From: Massalongia carnosa
Lineage: Eukaryota
Assembly: GCA_965645245.1 (NCBI GenBank)
Contig: OZ287085.1
Coordinates: 930,001-994,000 of the forward strand
Reading direction: 5' to 3'
Length of the DNA stretch: 64,000 bases
Position 1 is the first letter of the stretch. Each line of letters opens with the position of its first letter. A program made the position numbers and the translations under genes. The notes beneath the pieces were generated by a model. It ran no database searches. It was given only the letters and a program-made list of their open reading frames with translations, and was not told where the DNA came from. Of the stretch, positions 57,809 to 64,000 are shown in pieces.

Positions 57809-59864
57809 GAACAGTGATAGGTGTCAGGGGTCGACACCTAAAGAGAGAGGGGAACTATGTAGGGGGGTGGAGCGGTGATACTCTAAATTCAAATTGCTAG
57901 CGGTTCGGGAGTTGGTTCTTTTCGGTTGATACTCGGTAAAGGTAGCGGGGAAGTCAGGTGACAGTCTTTCTTTTAGTTTAGTTATAGATAGTTCTTTTCC
58001 TTATAGAGCAAGCATGCTCGTAGCAATAGCTACAACACATAGCATCAACACATACAGTTCACAGGCACGAGGCACGAGGCACGAGGCATACAGAGACCAG
58101 TCTAGCTATTGTCCTTATTCTATTGTTCTGTTCTTCTCTTGTTTGTTTGTTCTCTTGCACTCCTAGCAGTAGTGGACCACGCACACCACCCAGTTCATCC
58201 TTCCACAACGCTCAAGGACAGGATTGGTGGAAGAAACTGGAACCGTTGGCTACTTATTTCCGAAAGACTTCATTAAAACATTGCAGACCAGGAAGTATGA
58301 TATCTATAGATGAACAGCTGGTGTTATTCAAGGGCCGTTCTCGACATACCTTGCAGATTACTAGAAAAAGTGCCCATGAAGGATTCAAAATATACAGTCT
58401 CTGTCAGGATAATTATCTATTGTCATTTATGTTTACCTCGAAAAGTAGCAGAATAAGTGAATTGAAAATAGTCAGACAATTGGGATTTTTGCCAAAAGAT
58501 AAACTATCTCCTAGTGCTTTGCTAGTGATTCAGTTATGTAAAGAACTTCTATCCTCACTGAATTATCATCTTTTCTGTGATAATTTCTTTACTAGTACGA
58601 AATTATTCAAGGCACTTCGATCAATCGGAATAGCTGCCAGTGGAACTGCTGAAAAGGGCTCGGGCTTTCCAGGAGAATTGTTGGCCATACGAGACGTCAC
58701 TTCAAAAGGAAAAGACTGGGGTCTTTAGGCCCATGTGGTGGTCGACGATAAGGTGCTTTGTATGGGCTGGGTGGATAATAATGGTATGCAGTACATGACC
58801 ACGGTTATTCTCCTCAGGACTTGTACGAAATGCACTATATAAATCCGCACAAGAGATATAGAATTCCCGAGACCTCTCTTCAACCTATTGTACCGTATTT
58901 CCCATCAACCCTGGCTCACTCCATTCCCTTGCTCAATTAAGAGGTTCAACGGCCCTTAGGATTACCGATACCAGCCCCAATCAAAGAATATAATCTTCAT
59001 ATGGGGGGATCGGATGGAAACGCTCAGCAACGAGCGATTTACTCATACAATCGTCGAACGGATCGTTACTAGTGGCCTTTGTTGATTTTTATTTTAGATG
59101 CAGCCGGATTGAATGCCTATAAACTTTACTCGCTGAACTCTTTCGATTCCGAGGAGATAAAATTTACTCGTTCTGAATTTCTTCGTCGGATTGCTCTTGA
59201 ACTGATATCAAATCAAGCGGGCATCAGGCCCGGCTCATCAAAGATAAGCATCAATACCGCGATTGATGCTTTAGTACCATCTCCCATTCATCATTACGTT
59301 CGGCTTGAAGGCAGAAAAAGATGTGTGCAATGTAACGCCGAGAAAAAACGACGTTCAAAGCGGAAGGGTGAGCCACTAGCTGAAATAAGTGTCGATGGGC
59401 GAAAAAGAAGGCGAAGGGGTGCTCAGACTATATGGGGCTTGTGGAGGATACAATCCAATCAGGCCCTGCTATAAGAAAGCCAGCTGTTGGGAAGCTATTC
59501 ATATGATAGGGGACGAGTAAATAGGTATCTGATACTCCGTATACATATGAATATGAACTTCTTGTGAATAGGAATAACATTGATTGGTCAAAAATTTAAG
59601 GTTTAGCGCTTTCTAACCAACAATGGTTTAGCTTGGGGGTGCTAGAATGGCAGCGAAGGGACAACCAAGAAGTATTAGTCAGCTAGCGCCATGACAGTTG
59701 CGTTATCTCCGACGCCTTTAATCTTCTATCCTGTACGAAGTACTTCCTTCCTACGACATTAACGCTATCCATGTTCTCTGCCTTTGTTCGTCAGCCATCA
59801 CAGCAGGCGCAGAAGCCAAAATCCCACTGCAAATCATCACAACTGATCAATCGCTAGGAGGAAA

Positions 59865-60326
59865 ATGCGACCAACAGGAAACGGGCTTCTGAGACGGTGG
59901 CATGGAATGTTGGGATTATCGCGACAGTCACCACCGTCCTGGTATCGAGATCGACTCCAAGAGGAACTCCGAGAACGCCGGACCGCGAACACATTCTGGC
60001 GGAAGCTGAGCGAATCGTCGGACGTATTTTTCTCCCTCAGTCGAGCTCAGCACGACGGTTTCCCTGTCCGCAAGCTGCCCGCCTTCGTCGCCTCTCGCCA
60101 TGTCCTGGTGTATGCGTACATGCTGGCAAAGTACACTTCGCGCTGGATCTTCTACCGAACGGCCGCTATCCTCTGCAACGCTCCTCGTTACGACCTGGTG
60201 CGCGAGGTGGTGAATCCCGGCAAAGACCGCAAGCTTGACGAAGTCGCTTCTCGTCATCAGATCAATCCGGTGGAGTTCGAACGGGTTGGTCGTCAACTGC
60301 GGCGAGTATGGCCTCTTCTCCCATAG
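59865..60326 (+). CDS. Hypothetical protein with an all-alpha NTP pyrophosphatase (MazG/HisE-like) signature
   Basis: Intact 153-aa ATG ORF outside any TE; RLQEELRE-x12-ESSDVFFSL fits ExxE-x(12-28)-ExxD. Confidence 0.65.
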   Translation: MRPTGNGLLRRWHGMLGLSRQSPPSWYRDRLQEELRERRTANTFWRKLSESSDVFFSLSRAQHDGFPVRKLPAFVASRHVLVYAYMLAKYTSRWIFYRTAAILCNAPRYDLVREVVNPGKDRKLDEVASRHQINPVEFERVGRQLRRVWPLLP

Positions 60327-61386
60327 ACATGTGCTTTCGAAGATTGCCAGGCATAGAGGTTCAATTGAGAATGGGACTCGAGTCTTCCGCATTGATTTAC
60401 CACGACGGATCAGAATTACAGGTCCTACAATGTGTTGATACAGACAAATGACGTAAGTTTCCTATCTACAAGACATGCAGACAATCTCTCTAACGTGCTT
60501 GACTCAGAAAACTAGCTAATGCAGCGCTGCAACGAAAAGATTAATGGATAAAGTACTTCGACATAATGCGGATCGAACCCCTCCGTGATCCTCCTCAGAT
60601 TAACCTATATTTATTCGGAGGGAGGCATGGATGCATGCTAGTGGGGAGCTGATCAGAGAATGCCGACCTCGAGGATCACCACAATGACGTATCAACTCGA
60701 AATGAAAAACGCGTACTGATCTAGCGTCAGAAAGGAATCATGATGTTCACACTCACCCCGCTGACATTGTTGCGGATGTGGCCCAGAAAGTCGAGGAATG
60801 TTCTTTTTTCGCAGTCGGGGCTCCCCATCTCTCGCGAAAAGCTGGACAAATCATACATAGCATCTTGTATGCCTGCACTATGAAATCAATATCATTCATG
60901 CTCTCGATGACATGTTTCTATTTTGCACGGTGATTATCATATTTCAGGCACTTGTCATTATTAATACCGAGAATCCTTAGTGTTATGTAGCACTTCCTTC
61001 ATCAATGGTGGAAGACTGCCTCGCGCTTGCTGGTGGGGGGGTTATATCATCACTGTTGTCGACTAAGGCTCGCTTTCGAAGTAGATAGCTAATTTGATAA
61101 ATATCACATAAGACAAGCAGTGGAGGTCGGGATTGTATGATGATGAAGACGTAGATTGGGTTACATCAATTGAAGATAATCGCCGAGTGCCTTGCACAGA
61201 CATGCAAAAAACCAAGGGTTCGAGAATGACACTTGAATGGACAAGACAGTTTACTTTGTATTCACACTACAAGTTTTGCTTTATTCATGAGGTAGTCATA
61301 ATAGTCATCGATGCAGTGGATTCAAATGTCAAAGATGACCAAGTTCGTCTATGACTTTAACTAAACGCTCAACGCTGCTTCCCCAA

Positions 61387-63456
61387 TCAAGGAATATGAG
61401 TCGTGTTGAATAGGCGGTTACCAGTGTCGGTGACGCCTCTGCCAGTGAATTTGTTATCGGAAAGACGAAGTGCGACAAGACTGAGATTCGCGTGACGGCC
61501 GAGTGCCTGCGCGAGACTGCCCTCGGATACGGACTGGGCCTGGGTGACGCCCGCAACAACAACGATGCGAATAGTGGCATGTAGATTGCGGACGTGTTGC
61601 ACGAACCGCACCACCGTCTTGCCGCTGTTCACCACGGAATCCACCAGCACCACCGTGAGCTGTCCCTGCAGGTGATGAAGACCGATCTCGTCGGGGCGGC
61701 CGGCATGGACGAACATGGCGAGCGGGAAGGCGTCGTTGACGCCAAGGGCCATGGCTTCTCCGCCGCGCATTAGCGCTACAATCGATGTCTGTTGCTCGTG
61801 TAATAGTCGGTAACCGCTTGTATGATGGCCCTGAACGTGCGCGATCGGGTACTCTTCGACGCCAATCACGTCGGTCAAGAACTCAGTCGCCAGATACCAT
61901 CCCACACGGCGATGAGCTTCCCTCAAGACCGGGCCGGCTACCGTTGCGTCGCGCGTCGGCGTCATGAGTAACTTGGCCGCGTTCTTGTCGGTTGCATGGA
62001 GGACCTGAATGCCAGCGTGTCGACTACGGCGGCAGAGGACAGAATCGACAAACTCGGGCTCCGTGAGCTGGATCAGGGGAAGTTTGGTAGTGTCCAGTCG
62101 TGGTGACGCGTTGCTGGGCAGCACCGCTTGGCGCGCCCGAAGACCGTCGACGTCAATGGCATGCATCAAAGCGGCGTCCATGGTCTTGCTCCTAGTCTGC
62201 TCCTCGCCAACCACGACGATGGCTTGGTCTGCCTTGCTCAACATTTTCAAGTCCAGGAGGCTATCTCCGAACGCCCAAACATACATCTGGTGGGTATCTC
62301 GCAAACGAGCGATCAAGGCGGCTTTCACATCAGCGGTAACGATGAAGCCGTCAGCGATGCGTCCCCCGCCGATAACTTTCACTGTCTCGGATAGACCTTC
62401 CCTCTCCAGCACCTTGTCCCAAACACAACGCAGCCCACAGCTGACTATAATCGCTCCAACATGCCCCTGTTCTGCTATCAGCTGCAATAGGGACACGAAC
62501 TCGGGATGCATGATCACCGTCGATGCCACGTCTTGACAGAGGGCATCAAACTCTTGATCGTCGGCTGTCTCCTCATACAGCAATGTGGCCTGACGAAAGG
62601 CGGTGTACGAGTAGCCCAATGGGCTGCTGAACAACGCTTTCAGCGGACAATCAGCGTCCCTCAGCCGGCGAGAGCTCAAGACTTTCTTCCAGAACAACGC
62701 GCCAGTGTCCTCCGCAGCCAATGTCCTGTCGGCGTCCAGAACCAGCACCGTCTCTAGCTGGCCTTGGCTAACAAGGGCCTCGTCCAGCCTGCTTTCGGCG
62801 CGGAACAAGTTGTATTTCTCGGTATGATGCCAGAAATCGCGTAGCAGCGTCAAGACTCTATTTAGCAACGTCGGATGCGGGGATAAGACCGAGAACAATA
62901 TGCCATGATGGGGGCAAAGACGACGTAACTGGGTCTTTTCGGCCTGTTGCCACGTGCGTAGATGGGTGACAGATGTGGACGGACGGCTTCTTTCCCTGTC
63001 ATCCAGACGACGTTGCACAACGATCTCAGCAGGAACGTCCAAGTAGAGTATGTGCGTAAACGTATCCAGGTCATTTAGAGTATACACTGGCCATCCAGCT
63101 TCCTCCTCCTCAGGCCAGAACATGAAATGTCCAGCAACAACAGCAACCTTTCCGCTATCAACACATTCTTTCCCAATAGTTTCGATAGCAAGCTGGCGCC
63201 AATGGACCTTCTCTCGCTCATCCAGTTTTTGGAATGCGTCGAGACCGCCAGGAACAACGGTGGCAATCATCTTGGAGCCTTCGTAGAATGTGAAATTCTC
63301 TTGTCCGAGTTCTTGCTTCAGTTGGTTCAACAAAAACGACTTACCGCAGCCTGGAACTCCGTATAAACCAACAACTACTGCTTCGTTATTGGAAGTAGAC
63401 CGACTTTCTAGAGCTGTCGATGGGAATAGTTGGGGATCCGCCGTTGAGCCCGACAT
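61387..63456 (-). CDS. P-loop NMP-kinase-like / HAD hydrolase / uracil phosphoribosyltransferase-like fusion protein
   Basis: Walker A GVPGCGKS. HAD motifs LDADRT, VSCG, K and GDSLLD. PRTase motifs ALMRGG, VVLVDSVVNSGKT and C-terminal DTGNRLFNT. First ATG at 63456; no introns needed. Confidence 0.88.
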   Translation of the reverse strand: MSGSTADPQLFPSTALESRSTSNNEAVVVGLYGVPGCGKSFLLNQLKQELGQENFTFYEGSKMIATVVPGGLDAFQKLDEREKVHWRQLAIETIGKECVDSGKVAVVAGHFMFWPEEEEAGWPVYTLNDLDTFTHILYLDVPAEIVVQRRLDDRERSRPSTSVTHLRTWQQAEKTQLRRLCPHHGILFSVLSPHPTLLNRVLTLLRDFWHHTEKYNLFRAESRLDEALVSQGQLETVLVLDADRTLAAEDTGALFWKKVLSSRRLRDADCPLKALFSSPLGYSYTAFRQATLLYEETADDQEFDALCQDVASTVIMHPEFVSLLQLIAEQGHVGAIIVSCGLRCVWDKVLEREGLSETVKVIGGGRIADGFIVTADVKAALIARLRDTHQMYVWAFGDSLLDLKMLSKADQAIVVVGEEQTRSKTMDAALMHAIDVDGLRARQAVLPSNASPRLDTTKLPLIQLTEPEFVDSVLCRRSRHAGIQVLHATDKNAAKLLMTPTRDATVAGPVLREAHRRVGWYLATEFLTDVIGVEEYPIAHVQGHHTSGYRLLHEQQTSIVALMRGGEAMALGVNDAFPLAMFVHAGRPDEIGLHHLQGQLTVVLVDSVVNSGKTVVRFVQHVRNLHATIRIVVVAGVTQAQSVSEGSLAQALGRHANLSLVALRLSDNKFTGRGVTDTGNRLFNTTHIP

Positions 63457-64000
63457 GGTGCTTGATGCGTTCTCGCAGTTGATAAGTATCACAACAATTT
63501 CTCAAGTTCTCGGCAAAGGTGGATATGGAAAGCGTATAGACTCAGTCTAATGATTGATAAGATATTCACCACCAGACGCACCAGGCGTAAGGTGAGATGA
63601 AACGTCGGGGAAACCGGTTATATACACCAATTTCTGGCCGGCCTAATTAGACATCATCAAGTTTGTTATGTCAATCTCAATTTGACCCAAAAACCAAATT
63701 CCAGCGGCTATCCGAAAGACATACGGATGGCTTATGTATGTCGCCTATAGACCTTTGAAGAATTTACCACTCTAGTTGTTAGCGAAAGCATGCAATCCGC
63801 TCAAGATGATTTATAGCGCTAAAGAGCAGATGGTGTTGAGTCTATATGTGAATGGTTGGATATTCCCTAAACGCAAATGCAGGAACTTGTAGATCCGTGC
63901 GATAAATGGCTAAAGTAGAAGAGCCGTCGCCTAGGTGGCTACAAGAAAACTTTTCGACCCATTACTGTTCTAGTCTAAGGTGGCGCCGCTCCAAGACGTT

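Larger units (their letters stand above)
49450..58207 (+). mobile_element. Full-length Ty3/Gypsy LTR retrotransposon (Gypsy-3, possibly Ylt1-like), coding-intact
   Basis: 350-bp LTRs at 49450-49799 and 57858-58207 (one substitution seen). 4-bp TSD ACGC. PBS TGGCGACC at 49802. PPT aaagagagagggga at ~57840-57853. Confidence 0.97.
49390..59520 (+). pseudogene. PiggyBac-like transposase remnant split by Gypsy-3
   Basis: KYDA|QGQDWWKKLEPL rejoins across the insertion. SIDEQLVLFKGRS, FCDNFFTS, YNLHMGGSD and a Cys-rich C-terminus. TIRs and TTAA not resolved. Confidence 0.85.

Noticed and set aside
49040..59720. PiggyBac TIRs with TTAA target duplication
   Set aside because: No convincing inverted pair with TTAA flanks found by eye, so element limits are left undefined.
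59928..60392. 154-aa antisense ORF over the MazG-like gene
   Set aside because: Likely a shadow of a GC-rich coding strand; the plus-strand ORF carries the motif.
59700..64000. Starship element boundary or captain gene
   Set aside because: No DUF3435/tyrosine recombinase ORF or diagnostic terminus is visible in this window; cargo status cannot be claimed.

Overview
Eukaryotic DNA, most likely from a filamentous ascomycete: all TE families are fungal-type, there is a FunK1 kinase, and introns are GT-AG with CTAAT/CTGAC branch sites. Most of the window is nested transposons. It holds three full-length Ty3/Gypsy LTR elements (two coding-intact), several solo LTRs, a Copia fragment, an internally deleted Tad1-like LINE, five pogo/Fot1/Tigger-like and two Tc1-like DNA transposons, a hAT end with a family of ~150-bp hAT MITEs, and PiggyBac, Helitron and CACTA/Plavaka-like remnants. 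Only two host-like islands remain. One is an intronless FunK1/Sgk2-like kinase (29483-32143). The other is a convergent, intronless gene pair at the right end: a 153-aa protein with a MazG/HisE-type EExxE..ExxD signature, and a 689-aa P-loop kinase-HAD phosphatase-UPRTase-like fusion. That pair is the best candidate for an uncharacterised nucleotide-modifying system; the functional link is inference. No CRISPR, rRNA or tRNA genes were recognised. All calls were made by eye, without database searches.
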